A DNA stretch of 48,137 bases, from positions 6,520,682 to 6,568,818 of the forward strand of contig NC_057757.1 in assembly GCF_004010195.1 (NCBI RefSeq), in the 5' to 3' direction. The first letter of the stretch is position 1, and each line of letters starts with the position of its first letter. Made by a program: the position numbers and the translations under genes. Below, piece after piece: positions 1 to 12,024 of the stretch. The stretch comes from Chiloscyllium plagiosum. Taxonomy: Eukaryota. The notes below the pieces were generated by a model. That model was not told the origin of the DNA and did not search any database. It saw nothing but the letters and a program-made list of their open reading frames with translations.

Positions 1-4
1 CTTT

Positions 5-101
5 ATTCCTGATGAAGGGCTTTTGCCCGAAATGTCGATTTTGCCTGTCCTCGGATGCTGCCTGAATTGCTGTGCTCTTCCAGCACCACTGATCCAGAAT
101 C
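5..101 (+). mobile_element. Penelope-like terminal fragment with hammerhead-like core
   Basis: CTGATGA-A-GGGC-tttt-GCCC-GAAA-TGTC at 9-36. Near-identical reverse complement of 43393-43490. Confidence 0.65.
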
Positions 102-344
102 TATAACCCCTATCCTCAACCCAGTCCTTACCGGTAAACCTTCTGTGAATGGCCTCGAGTACACTTCCTATCTCCAGCAAGGCTCTGAGACCATCTGATG
201 CAGGCTAACATTACAATATCATTGGTTAGGTCACACTTGGAGTAATGGGCATGGCTTTGATTTCCTTATCTCCAGTAAAATATTATTGCCATCGACAAAG
301 TGCAAAGAATGTCAGACAGGCCTATCCCCTGGACTATCCCGACA

Positions 345-745
345 GACGGAGGCTCAGGGGTGACCTTATAGAGGTTTATAAAATCATGAGGGGCATGGAT
401 AGGGTGGAATAGACAAGGCCTTTTCCCTGGGGTGGGGGAGTCCAGAACTAGAGGGCATCGGTTTAGGGTGAGAGGGGAAAGATATAAAAGAGACCTAAGG
501 GGCAACTTTTTCACACAGAGGGTGGTACGTATATGGAATGAGCTGCCTGAGGAAGTGGTGGAGGCTGGCACAATTGCAACATTCAAGAGGCATTTGGATG
601 GGGATATGAATAGGAAGGGTTTGGAGGGATATGGGCCGGGTGCTGGCAGGTGGGACTGGATTGGGTTGGGATACCTGGTCGGCATGGAGGAGTTGGGCCG
701 AAGGGTCTGTTTCCTTCTCTATGTACATCTCTATGACTCTATAAG
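345..745 (+). mobile_element. HER1/CR1-type LINE 3' end
   Basis: ORF2 C-terminus ESRTRGHRFRVRGERYKRDLRGNFFTQRVVRIWNELPEEVVEAG, then 3'UTR and ctctatgactctat tail. Confidence 0.9.
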
Positions 746-764
746 AGCTATTGCGCACATTCCG

Positions 765-990
765 AAAACAGAAATTGCTGGAGAAGCTCAGCAGGTCTGG
801 CAGCACCTGCGGGGAGAGAGATTGCAGAGTGAACAATTCCAGATCGGATACCTTTCTGGGAGCCTCATAACTGGGCAAACAATTGCTTACCGGTTCTGGG
901 GAAGGGGTCGACAGACTTTAACTCTGTTTTTCTCTCTCTCTCTCTCTCTACAGATGCCGCCAGACCTGCTGAGTTTCTCCAGCAGGATCC
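765..990. mobile_element. Third family of inverted-repeat short element (degenerate)
   Basis: gctggagaagctcagcaggtctggcagca...tgccgccagacctgctgagtttctccagc. Related copies at ~2640-2890, ~11130-11295 and ~14595-14680. Confidence 0.6.
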
Positions 991-1367
991 GTTTTTAAAA
1001 AAAATTAGCAAGAATGCCACTAAGGTCTGAGATGAGGAGAAACTGATGTTCTAGGAAGAGGGCTTTGTTCAGGTTTGGGCGTGGAAGCTCAGTGTTTCCA
1101 ATATGTTTCAGATAGAGATTGATAAATTTCCAATTACTGTCATTTAATGGCGTGTGACACAACGTTGCTTCCCTCTGAGCCTGTGAATCCTCACTGAACA
1201 TCATTATTTTTTACTCAACCTTACCAAACACGACAGGACACACATCTGGAGTGGCTGTGGCTTGAACTTGGACTTTCTGGCTCAGAGGGAGGGACGTTAC
1301 CACTGCACCACAACAGCTTTTTGTCGTCGGACATATACTTACTGACGTGGTTATCTGTGAATACTTG

Positions 1368-2335
1368 GAGTCACTCAGTTTGGAAACAGACCCTTCGGCC
1401 CAACCAGTCTGTGCCGACCTTAAGTCTAAACTAAACCAGCCCCACCTGCCTGCGCTTGGCCCATATCCCTCCAAACTTTTCCTATTCATGAACTATTCTT
1501 TTAAACATTCTAAGTGTAGGCGCGCCCACCACTTCCTCTGGCAGTTCAATCGACACACGAACCACCCTCTGCGTAAAGAAAATTGGCTCTTGTGCCTAGC
1601 TCCTCTCACCTTAATAATATGCCCCTAGTCTTGAAACCGCCCCCCCCCCCCATTCTAGGGAAGAAGACATCTGTCATTCACCTTATCTATCCCCCTCATG
1701 ATTTTATAAACCTCTATAAGGTGACCCTCTGAACTCTCCAGTGAAAACAGCCCCAGTCTTTCCTTACAACTCAAACCCTCCATTCCCGGGAACGTCCTGG
1801 TAAATCCCCTTCTGAACCCTCTCCGATTTAATAATCTCCCTGTAACAGGGAGACCAGAACCGGGCACAGTAACTTCAAAAGAGGTTTATAAAATCATGAG
1901 GGGCGTGGATAGGGTGGAGTAGACAAAGTCTGTTCCCCGGGGTGGGGGAGAGGGCGTAGGTTTAAGGTGAGAGGGGAAAGATTTAAAAGGGACCTAAGGG
2001 GCAACATTTTCACGCAGAGGGTGGTAGGTGTATGGAATGAGCTGCCGGAGGAAGTGGTGGAGGCTGGTACAATTGCAACATCTAAAAGGCATTTGGATGG
2101 GTATATGAATAGGAAGGGTTTGGAGGGATATGGGCCAAGTGCTGGCAAATGGGACTAGCTTTGGTTGGGATATCTGGTCGGCATGGACGGATTGGACCGA
2201 AGGGTCTGTTTCCGTGCTGTACATCTCGGTGACTCTAACAGGCCTCACCAATGTCCTGTACAACCTCAACACGACATCCCAACTCCTACACTCAAAGGTC
2301 TGGGCGATGGAGACAAGTATGCTAAACACCTTCTT
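1368..2335. mobile_element. Cluster of HER1/CR1 LINE fragments in both orientations
   Basis: Minus 1368-1880, plus 1880-2238 and minus 2240-2335, all showing the same ORF2 C-terminal and tail motifs. Confidence 0.85.
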
Positions 2336-3660
2336 AAACCTCCTTAGACCTAATCAATCCAGGTCTCTCTTAATATGTCAGTCCTGCCATTTTAGTCTTC
2401 AGTCTGCTAAACCTTTTCTATGCCACCTCCTTCCTCAGATAAGGAGACCACAACATCATGCCATATGTGATACATAAAGCTAACATTGAAAACATTAATT
2501 GCTTTCACTCACAGTTTTTGGCAATGGATACCTCGGTGAGAAATAGACTTCCTTGTTCGAATCAACCGTCATTGTGCACCTACAGGATCTGACCACCAGG
2601 TGGCTGTGCAGGGCAAGATTCCAACTCTGAGTCAGAAAGCGCCGGAGAAACTCAGCAGGTCAGGCTGGGAGAGAAAACGCAGGTAACGTTCCGAGTCCAG
2701 TTCAGAGCTGATAGCAGGTAGGCATTAATGCTGATAACGGGGTTGCGGTGGGGTGAAGAACGGGTGGATAATTGAAGGCAGAGTCTGAATCAAATAGAGG
2801 TTAGTTGCTATGCCACATCACTGGAAACATTGTGTGTTTTCTCTCGCCACAGATGCTGCCGGACCCTGCTGAGTTTCTCCAGCACTTCCCTGTGTTTATA
2901 GAGTCCTACAGCACGGAAACAGACCCTTCGATCCAAGCAGTCCATGCTGACCGTAAAACCCCAAACTAATCCAGTCCCACTTGCCCCCATTTGGCCCCCT
3001 ATCTCTCTAAACCTTTCCTGTCCTAAATGTTGTAACTGCCCCTGCATCTATCATTTCATCAGGAGTGAGGCTTGTGGCTGAAGGGGGCTGAGAGATAAAG
3101 GGGGCATGGAAGGGGGGGTAAGGTAGCTGGTAATGTGATAGGTAGGTGGAGGTGAGGGGTGAACCGCGCATCAAGTGCAGAACACCACCAGTACTAGGAG
3201 CAGTTTTGTCATGAAGTTACGCTACAGTGAGCATCTCAAAAGAGGGAGAGAGAGAAAGAGAGGTTAAGACATTTATAGAGTCATAGATTCACGAGGATGC
3301 TGCCAGGGTCGGAGGATTTGAGCTATAGGGAGAGGCTGAACAGGCTGAGGCTGTTTTCCCTTGAGGACGGAAAAATAGCTGTAGTCATGCACTCCTCCAA
3401 ACTGTGGAGGGTTCGAAGAAAATCCTAACACCGTAAGACATAGGGGCAGATATTAGGCCGTTTGGCCCATCGAGTCTACTCACCCATTCAACCATGTCTC
3501 TCAACCCCAGTCTCTCACCACCTCCCCTTGATACTCGAGAACCTATCTAACTTCGTCTTAAATACACTCGGTGGCCTCCGCAGCCATGAATTCCACAGAT
3601 TCCCCATCCTCGGCCTGAAGACGTTTCTCCTTAGGTTGTAAGGTTGCTCGCTGAGCTGGT

Positions 3661-3714
3661 AGGCTTGTTTTCAGACGTTTCGTCACCGTGCCGGGTAACA
3701 TCATCAGTGAGCCT
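3661..3714 (-). ncRNA. Minimal type I hammerhead ribozyme motif in a Penelope-like element fragment
   Basis: Minus strand: AGGC-UCA-CUGAUGA-U-GUUACC-cggcac-GGUGAC-GAAAC-GUC-UGA-aaacaa-GCCU. It has core boxes, a 6-bp stem II, a bulged stem I and palindromic ACGU in place of stem III. Confidence 0.75.
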
Positions 3715-3954
3715 CTGGTGAAGCGCTGGTGTTCTGTCACACTCACTATTTATCTGTCCCACTTCTCCGCACCTGGCCCATGACTTTGAATGTTACGATT
3801 CATCAAGTGCTTCGTAAAGGGATCCCATCTCAGCTTCCCTCCCCCCCCCTCCCAACAACAGCAGTCTCCAAGTGAAACCATTCCCCTCCCTCAGATCCCT
3901 TCATCCACCTCCAGTCCACCCACTTTAAAGTGACGCTCCGCCCTCTGGCTGTCA

Positions 3955-5375
3955 CCCCGGCCAATGGGAAGCCGTGACGGTTGACCGGCGGCAGGTGTGA
4001 CCAATAGGGAAACGTGCTCGCTGAGTGACGGTCCATCCAACCAATGGGAGGCGGGTTCGGTTGAGTGCCAGCCGGCTGGCCCAATGGAAGCTGAGGGGTG
4101 GCGACCAAAGTGTGGCGTTCTCCGGCCGGGCAGCGGACCCACGACACTGATGGACAGACCTAATAGCCAATGAGAAGTGGGAGACCCTTGCAACGGCTTC
4201 CTAACACCACCCCAGAAGGCGGGGCAGTCTGCGTACCCGACAGCAGGACCAATAGGATGCAGGTACTGTTAACAGCTGTCAACTTGACCAATGGGAGACA
4301 GGTGTGCTTGAGTGGCGGCCGAATTAACCAAACAGAAGCAGGATCTGTTGTGTGGCGGCCAACTAGACCAAGGGGAGGTGGGACGATTCAGTGGCGGCCT
4401 GCCCGACACGCGTAAATCCTGCGCACTGGACAGCTGGACTAATAGAAGGCAGCTACTGTTGACTGGCGGCCACCTGTACCACTGAGAGGAAGGTGTTGGT
4501 GGAGTGGCGGCCGGCTAGGGCAATGCGAGGAGGGTGAATAGCCATTATGACCAATCGGAGATGAGTACGGCTGATTGGCAGTCTACAAAGCCAATGGAGG
4601 GCTGAGGCCTATTGAGTGGCGGCAGTTCCGACCAATAGGAGGTAGCGTCGATTGAGAGGAGGCCAAGGTGGCCAATGGGAGGCGGGTCATGTTAAGTGGA
4701 AGTGAAAGTGACCAATAGAATACAGGGTCAGTTGAGTGACGGCCAAGCTGCGCAATTGGAAGTGAGGCATGTTGAGTGACAGCCACCCTGACCAATAGGA
4801 GACAGAGGTGGTTGAGTGGCTGCCACACTAAACAAGGGGCGAGGCATGTGAAGTGGTGGCTAAGCCGACCAATAGAAGGCAGGGTTACTTGGGTGGCAGC
4901 AAGGCTGACCAATAGAAGACAGAATCCGTTGAGTGACGACCAAGCTGCCCAAGTGGAAGTGAGGCATGTTGAGTGCTGACCAACCCAAACCAATAGGAGA
5001 TGTGGGGGGGGCGTGATGGCCACACTAACCAATGGGAGGCGAAGCATGTAAAAGTGGAGACGAAACTGACCAATGAGAGGGTTAGTTGAGTGGCGGCCAA
5101 GGTGACCAATAAAAAACAGGTGTACTTGAGTGGCGGCCAAGCTAGCCAATGGAAGGCGAGGCCAACCGAGTGACGGCCGGGCTGACCAATGGTAAGCGGG
5201 ATCCACTGACTAGCAGCCGAACCGACCAATGAGGCGCGTAATCCGTCCAAAGGGACTGATGTCCCATCCCAGGAGGCGGACACTGGCTCGCCCTCGTGAC
5301 CAATGATGGGGGTGCGTCTGGCGGGGCGTGCGCCGGCCGGACCAATGGCTGGAGAGAAGGGGCGGGGATTGGCCT
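3955..5375 (+). promoter_or_regulatory. Degenerate ~40-bp tandem array of CCAAT (NF-Y) boxes
   Basis: Hand count of 24 exact + strand CCAAT, e.g. 3961, 4001, 4041, 4081; 4551, 4591, 4632, 4672, 4712; 5106, 5146, 5186, 5226. Mostly in RRCCAATRR context. Approximate unit gaccaatrggaggcgaggcatgttgagtggcggccaagct. Confidence 0.85.
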
Positions 5376-5419
5376 CGCCTCACGGGCGCCCGGTGGAAAG
5401 TTGTCAACAGCGGGAGGGC

Positions 5420-5591
5420 CGCAGGTCCCGGGGACCGAGGCAGGGGGCTGTTGTGAAGCGACGAGGCGAGTTTGGGGTGGGTTAGGGGAGCGGCTATGGC
5501 GGCGGCGCGGGGCCTGCAGCATGGAGGGGCCTCACGGTCGGCGCTGGCGGCGGCGGAGGACGAGGAGAGGCAGCGGCGAGGAGCCTGACAG
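5420..5591 (+). other. Putative non-coding exon 1 of TSC22D4 (start approximate)
   Basis: GC-rich (GGC)n-type leader downstream of CCAAT and GC boxes, with candidate donor GACAG|gtggga at 5591/5592. Confidence 0.45.
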
Positions 5592-5741
5592 GTGGGAGAG
5601 CTCCCTCTACCCCAGGCCCCTCACTCCCACCGCCCCCCGGGGAGTCTGAGGGGAATAAATAAACCCCCTTCACCCCGGCTTCAGGAAACTCCGAGGCTTC
5701 AGGGCCTGCTCCGGAGGGAGGGAGGGAAAGTCCCCAGACCC

Positions 5742-6500
5742 GTCCCCTTGTCCCCCTGTCCCCCAAATGTCCCCCAAATCTATCCCCTTGTCCCCNNNNN
5801 NNNNNNNNNNNNNNNNNNNNNNNNNNNNNNNNNNNNNNNNNNNNNNNNNNNNNNNNNNNNNNNNNNNNNNNNNNNNNNNNNNNNNNNNNNNNNNNNNNNN
5901 NNNNNNNNNNNNNNNNNNNNNNNNNNNNNNNNNNNNNNNNNNNNNNNNNNNNNNNNNNNNNNNNNNNNNNNNNNNNNNNNNNNNNNNNNNNNNNNNNNNN
6001 NNNNNNNNNNNNNNNNNNNNNNNNNNNNNNNNNNNNNNNNNNNNNNNNNNNNNNNNNNNNNNNNNNNNNNNNNNNNNNNNNNNNNNNNNNNNNNNNNNNN
6101 NNNNNNNNNNNNNNNNNNNNNNNNNNNNNNNNNNNNNNNNNNNNNNNNNNNNNNNNNNNNNNNNNNNNNNNNNNNNNNNNNNNNNNNNNNNNNNNNNNNN
6201 NNNNNNNNNNNNNNNNNNNNNNNNNNNNNNNNNNNNNNNNNNNNNNNNNNNNNNNNNNNNNNNNNNNNNNNNNNNNNNNNNNNNNNNNNNNNNNNNNNNN
6301 NNNNNTCCCCTTGTCCCCCAAATCTATCCCCTTGTCCCCAAGTGTACCCCAAATCTATCCCCTTGTCCCCCAATGTCTCCGAAATCCATACCCTTGTCCC
6401 CAAATATCCCCCGAATCTATCCTCTTGTCCCCGAAATCTAACCCTTTATCCCCCAGTGTCCATTAAATCTCTTGCCCTCGCTCCCCGCATGTCTCAGAAA
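5742..6500. repeat. ~21-bp C-rich tandem repeat spanning a gap
   Basis: tccccttgtcccccaaatcta variants on both sides of N run 5796-6304. Confidence 0.85.
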
Positions 6501-8759
6501 TCGCTCTCCTTGCCCCCCGAATCTTACCTAAATTTAGAGTCGTACAGCACAGAAACAGATTCTTTGGTCTAACTTGTCCAATTCCTAAACTAATCTAGAA
6601 CTGTTTGTCTGTGTTTGGCCCATATCACTCTAAACCTTTATTCCGTTGTATCTAAATGTCTGCTTGGGGAGAAATCATGGGTAGAATTTGCAGGAGATCA
6701 GCTTTGGGACCCTCGTCCCTCCTGAGATACATTAATACAATAAGCCCTGGTGGACAGGGTAGGATTCTTATGGCAGGTAATTAATCATTTTGTTAGAAAG
6801 CATGTGGATAGGACATAAAAAACTGAAAGTAACTCTAAGCATGGAATGAGAGCCAAGATGCCTGGGTCACTGTGTGCCTTACTCATTGAAGGTAGCCAGA
6901 CAGGCGGTGCAGTAAGTGCACAATATCCAAGGGTTTACTAATGAGGGCGTAGAGGACAAGAACCAGGTGGTTATGATAGGCTTGGGCATGAAACAAGTTC
7001 AGGCCTCAACTGGAGGGGGATGTTGTGTCCAGTTTGTTGCACCGGGCTTTCGGAAGGATGGTGATGGCATCAGGTAGAGGGTGCAAGAAAGTTTTACAAG
7101 AATAAGGTGCAGCAGACTTTGTTTTAATCAGCACCTTATGAACTGACACTCTCAATAAACCGGCAAAAATTATATTCCTGAAATACTGTGTTGTCACAAA
7201 GTAGACAGTTGAGGGTGTAAATGAGAAGGCTTTCGGGTAAGTTTTAAGGCAAAGTTGCGTGATTATCTCAGTGATCAATAAACAGTGATGTTTGTGCCTT
7301 CTGCATGTGGTTTTTCGTGTGTGTTTTCACATTCAGTATGTTGGCCTCTGGGATGTTTGATCAACTCGTTCCCATTGTCAGCTAATAAAACGTTTGCTGT
7401 GTTTCCATTGGGGAGTTTAATTGGAAAAGTTTGGACCGTTTTCTGTGAAGACAAAAAAAAGTTTGCGAGAGAATCTGACAGACCGTCAGAGATCTGGACA
7501 GAGTAAAAGAGGGAGGAGCTGCTCCTAGTTGTGAAGGAATCGAGGACGAGAGGGCACAGCGTTTTAAACAAAATCTTGGCAAAAGCTTTGCTACTGTCAG
7601 TGGTTAGGGTCTGGAATGCGCTGCCTGCGAATGTGGTGGAGGCTGGTTCAGTTGGGGCTTTCAGAAGGGAGGTCAGCTAAGGAGTTGGGAGGTCATGTTG
7701 CGGCTGTACAGGGCATTGATTAGGCCACTTTTGAAATACTGTGTGCAATTCTGGTCTCCTCACNNNNNNNNNNNNNNNNNNNNNNNNNNNNNNNNNNNNN
7801 NNNNNNNNNNNNNNNNNNNNNNNNNNNNNNNNNNNNNNNNNNNNNNNNNNNNNNNNNNNNNNNNNNNNNNNNNNNNNNNNNNNNNNNNNNNNNNNNNNNN
7901 NNNNNNNNNNNNNNNNNNNNNNNNNNNNNNNNNNNNNNNNNNNNNNNNNNNNNNNNNNNNNNNNNNNNNNNNNNNNNNNNNNNNNNNNNNNNNNNNNNNN
8001 NNNNNNNNNNNNNNNNNNNNNNNNNNNNNNNNNNNNNNNNNNNNNNNNNNNNNNNNNNNNNNNNNNNNNNNNNNNNNNNNNNNNNNNNNNNNNNNNNNNN
8101 NNNNNNNNNNNNNNNNNNNNNNNNNNNNNNNNNNNNNNNNNNNNNNNNNNNNNNNNNNNNNNNNNNNNNNNNNNNNNNNNNNNNNNNNNNNNNNNNNNNN
8201 NNNNNNNNNNNNNNNNNNNNNNNNNNNNNNNNNNNNNNNNNNNNNNNNNNNNNNNNNNNNNNNNNNNNNNNNNNNNNNNNNNNNNNNNNNNNNNNNNNNN
8301 NNNNNNNNNNNNNNNNNNNNNNNNNNNNNNNNNNNNNNNNNNNNNNNNNNNNNNNNNNNNNNNNNNNNNNNNNNNNNNNNNNNNNNNNNNNNNNNNNNNN
8401 NNNNNNNNNNNNNNNNNNNNNNNNNNNNNNNNNNNNNNNNNNNNNNNNNNNNNNNNNNNNNNNNNNNNNNNNNNAGTGTCATGGAGATGTGATACATTAA
8501 ACAATTTTACATTAAATCTTTCAACTTTTAGAACAGGATTTGCCAATTCTTTGATATGTAAACCCAAGAACATCTTTTAAATTACATTCTCTGGATAGCT
8601 CAGCGTTTCTAACAATAAGTGTGAAATCTGTCTGTGTCCCAATGCCATGTCAGAATGACAAACCCTCTGCATAGTTTTACAGAGTTTTACACGGATTCAT
8701 GCAGGTTTTGAGCAAAATAATATGTAATTCTGCAAAAACATACTCACCCCATAACCTTC

Positions 8760-9066
8760 TATGTGTGCGTGTCGGAGCAACAGAGTGAGTGTGCATGTGA
8801 GTGTGTGCATGTGGATGTGAGTGCACATGGAAGAGTGTGTATGTAGGCTTGGTTAAGTGTCTGTGTGAGTGTGATGGAGTATGCATCTGTGAGATGGTGT
8901 GTGTGGGTGTGAGGGTGGGGGCTTTGCATGTGCATTTGAGATGAGAGGGAGGGGTGTGTTTGAGTGTGTGTGTTTGTGTGTGGGTGTCTGTGTGTGTGTG
9001 TGTGGGTAGGGGTGTCTGTGTGTGTGTGTGTGGGTAGGTGTGTCTGTTTGTCTGTCTGTGTGTGAG
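8760..9066. repeat. Imperfect (TG)n tract
   Basis: Interrupted TG dinucleotide runs. Confidence 0.85.
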
Positions 9067-9771
9067 AAAAGCTGAACAGTTCTCGCAGGATCAGTGGAAA
9101 CATGAAAGAGAGCTGATGTCCTGCCTTCAGGGTGGCTCTGCTTTGGAAGAGCCTGCTCACTGAAAGGGTCCTGTTAGACCAAGCAGCACGTTAACTGTGT
9201 ACCTGTCTCTCCTTCGGAGTCACTGTGAGTCTCTGTGTTTGCTCCCCACCTCCTGAGGCTGCTGCCAGCCCTGCTGTTTATACTGTAAATTCACTGTGAA
9301 GCAAGCATTCTGCTGCTCACGGGTGTAGTTACACAACTGTGAGCTCAAACTCGGGGAGGTGCTGTCAGTGAGGAACGAGCATGTCTGCTGGGTGGTGGGT
9401 GGATAACCAGCAGCGACCGTGTCTAGGTGAGTGGTCTTTCCCCATGCCAGCCCAACTCCATGGGTTTGAATTGTTGAGAAAAGTGAGGGAAGCTGGGGAG
9501 ACGTGTTGGAAGCTTACAGTATGTTGCCTGAACCGTTGGTGGAAACAGGTTCTGTAGCAGTTTTGAAAGGAAGGTTCTGCCAATGATTGGAGAAGCTGGA
9601 CAATTCTGGGCAGAAGGTTAAGAGTCGGGGGCCGGGTTCGAGGCGCGTGACAGAATGGTCTCCTTCCATGCTTGTGTTGTGCTTTGCCGTTGTTTCTGAA
9701 CGGGGTGGGTAGTGCGGCGTGTTGGATCTGAAGCGACTCACCTGCCTCTCTCTGTCTCTCTGACTCCGCAG

Positions 9772-10181
9772 GTCGCTTCTGCTTCTAAACAAAAAAACCC
9801 CCCAAACCTCTGGAGAGAGTTCTGGCCGTGCCCGGTGCGAGGGCAGGGAGATTTCCGTCAGCTGCTCTCATGGTGTCTCCGTCCCGTCCAATCGCTGCCT
9901 GAAAGCCGCCTCCTCGCCTCGCAGCACCTTCCGGCAGTGATGTGGAGGAATTCTGTCAGCTCCCGGGATGCTGGTGGGCACTGAGACCAGCACCTGGTAA
10001 CGCCCGAGTTTGGGGAGTCTGGGAGAGGGTATCCTCGATTACCCTCCCCTCCTGCCCTCTCTCTCTCTCTCTCACACACACACCCTTCCTGCACCGTTTG
10101 GAGAGCGAGTGTGTGTGTGCCTTCCTGCCGTCGGGAGATGTGGACAGTGAGGAGCTGAGGGGCGCGGTGGGCCGCGGCGAA
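9772..10181 (+). other. TSC22D4: 5'UTR part of the TSC22D4 ATG-containing exon
   Basis: Strong acceptor: branch-like gactcac, pyrimidine tract ctgcctctctctgtctctctgactccgcag ending at 9771, then continuous sequence to ATG 10182. Confidence 0.6.
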
Positions 10182-10964
10182 ATGATCGGCAAGAAGAAGA
10201 GCGGCTTCCAGATCACCAGTGTCACCTCGGAGTACGAAGGCAGCACCGGCGGTGAAGGGCTGAGGGAGCCACCGGGCGGAGAGGCGGAGGCTGTGGTGAA
10301 CGGGGATCCGGGTGTGGGCCCCTCGGCCGACACCGAACTGCCGGGCAAGGACGGTCGGACTAAGCCGCCCCCGGCAACAGCGGGACAAGGCACCGCCGGC
10401 AGGGAGGTGCCAAAGGAGACCGGGACAATGGCAACGGGGACGCTCCCCGGGACCAGGTCCCCCCCGCCGCCGGCCCCCAGCCCCTGCGGCTCCCGCTTCC
10501 GGGTGGTGAAGCTGGACCACGGGCTGGGCGAGCCGTATCGCCGCGGCCGGTGGACCTGCGTGGACCTGTACGTGGACCGTGAGCTGGACGCCCACGGGCT
10601 GGCCAAGGTGCTGGCCGGGAGCCGCCACGTCAACTCGCTGGACTCTCACCCGGAGCTGGGCGCCCTGCTGGCTCACCGGGCGGTCAGCCAGCTCCGGCCC
10701 CGGCCCCACGCCCCCAAGAGCCAGGGCTCCCCCCTGGGCGAGAGCCTGCCGGCACCGGGCACCGACACCCTGCACGTGCTCCTGCAGGCGGCCCGCACCC
10801 TCAGCCTGGACTCTCCGCCTGCTCCCCAGGAGAAAGGGGACCCAGCGGCGACGCCTCACCCTGCCAACCAGCCACACGGAGCCAAGGCTGGTGCCAGGGA
10901 GACGACCTCGCCCCCGACGAATGTGAAGCATCCCTCCTCGGGAGATCAGGGAGGACTGAGGAAG
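10182..10964 (+). CDS. TSC22D4: TSC22 domain family protein 4, first coding exon
   Basis: ATG at 10182 starts MIGKKKSGFQITSVTSEYEG (TSC22 long-isoform motif 1), followed by SRFRVVKLDHGLGEPYRRGRWTCVDLY (motif 2). Motif 1 at the extreme N-terminus and the GLGEPYRRGRWTCVD text match TSC22D4. The exon ends at AAG|GCAAGT (GC donor, phase 0). Confidence 0.9.
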
Positions 10965-11313
10965 GCAAGTACAGGCCGGCCACACGCGAGGGGGTGGAGG
11001 GGGAAGAGGCTGCCGCATTCTGGTTAGAAACTATCAGGGCGTGGGCCTCCCTGGCTGTGCCCAGCGTTTATTACCCCGTCCTGGAAACGAAAGCTCCTGG
11101 GAGTCCAAGCAGCAACCATGCGGAGAGAGAGAGAGCTAACTGTCTTGTGATGCTTCAGCAGGACTGACGATGAAGAGTCATCTGGCCTCAAAACATTAGC
11201 TTGCTGTCTGTCTCGCTCGCTCGCTCTCTCTCCATGGATGCTGCCTGTCCTGCTCTGGTTCCCAGCAGGGTTTGTTCTCCAGCATCTGCAGTAATCTGCT
11301 CCCACACTTATTA

Positions 11314-11506
11314 GGCGAAAGTGAGGACTGCAGATGCTGGGGATCAGAGTCGAGAGTGTTGTGCTGGACAAGCGCAGCAGGTCAGGCAGCAGCCGAGAAG
11401 CAGGAGAATCGACGTTGCCTGATGAAGGGCTTGTTCCCGAAACGGCGATTCTCCTGCCCCTCGGATGCTGCCTGACCTGCTTGCTTTTCCAGCACCGCAC
11501 TCTCGA
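11314..11506. mobile_element. Hairpin-family short element (Penelope-like derived)
   Basis: Inverted arms around cctgatgaagggcttgttcccgaaacg, with imperfect flanking direct repeat ctc(c/g)caca(c/t)ttatta. Confidence 0.7.
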
Positions 11507-12024
11507 CTCGCACATTTATTACCCCCGTTTCTCATTGTCCCGTCCTTGAGAGTGGGTGGTGAGCTGCCTACTTGACCTGCTGCAGTCCACGTTCTGACCC
11601 AGCGACACTGAACTCACGGCCGATCTATTTCCAAGTCAGGAGGGTGAGCAGCTTGGTGGGGGGAGTTTGCAGGAGGGTGATGCTCCCATGTATCTGTAGC
11701 CCTTGTCCTTCCAGATGGTAGACATCACAGGTTTGGAAGATGGTGTCTCGGGTGCCTTGGTGAGTCTCTGCAGTGCATCTTGTAGCTGGTACACACTCCT
11801 GTGATTGGGCATCGGTAGTGGAGGGAGTGTGAATGTTTATGGTGGTGAGTGGGGTACAGATCAGACTGGACTGCTTTATCCTGCTGGTGTTGGGCTCCTC
11901 GAGTGTGTACGTCTCCTCCCTCAGTGCAGGTCTTTGGCAATACTTTGTGCTGTCCGATCCCCAGACTCACTGACTGGCGATGTTTGGAGTATTCCCCTGT
12001 CTCCCAGCCCTCCCCTCTTGCCCA

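Larger units (their letters stand above)
3930..5720. promoter_or_regulatory. CpG-island promoter
   Basis: High GC and CpG density relative to CpG-depleted flanks, GC box ggggcgggg at 5359-5367, and many CCAAT boxes. Confidence 0.75.

Noticed and set aside
432..998. 188-aa ORF and similar RTRGH...WNELP ORFs elsewhere
   Set aside because: Truncated CR1/HER1 ORF2 C-termini, not host genes.
3955..5375. CRISPR-like or coding repeat (ORF 4583-5206 and others)
   Set aside because: Inter-motif sequence is homologous between units, and a 40-bp period cannot keep a reading frame. The ORFs are by-products.
5494..8580. Long ORFs spanning N runs
   Set aside because: Artefacts of translating assembly gaps.
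9942..10181. N-terminal extension of TSC22D4 in the ORF track
   Set aside because: Starts at GTG and crosses CT/CA microsatellites. Family similarity begins at ATG 10182.
9858..11018. 386-aa and 225-aa minus-strand ORFs
   Set aside because: Antisense shadows of the GC-rich TSC22D4 exon with no recognisable domain.
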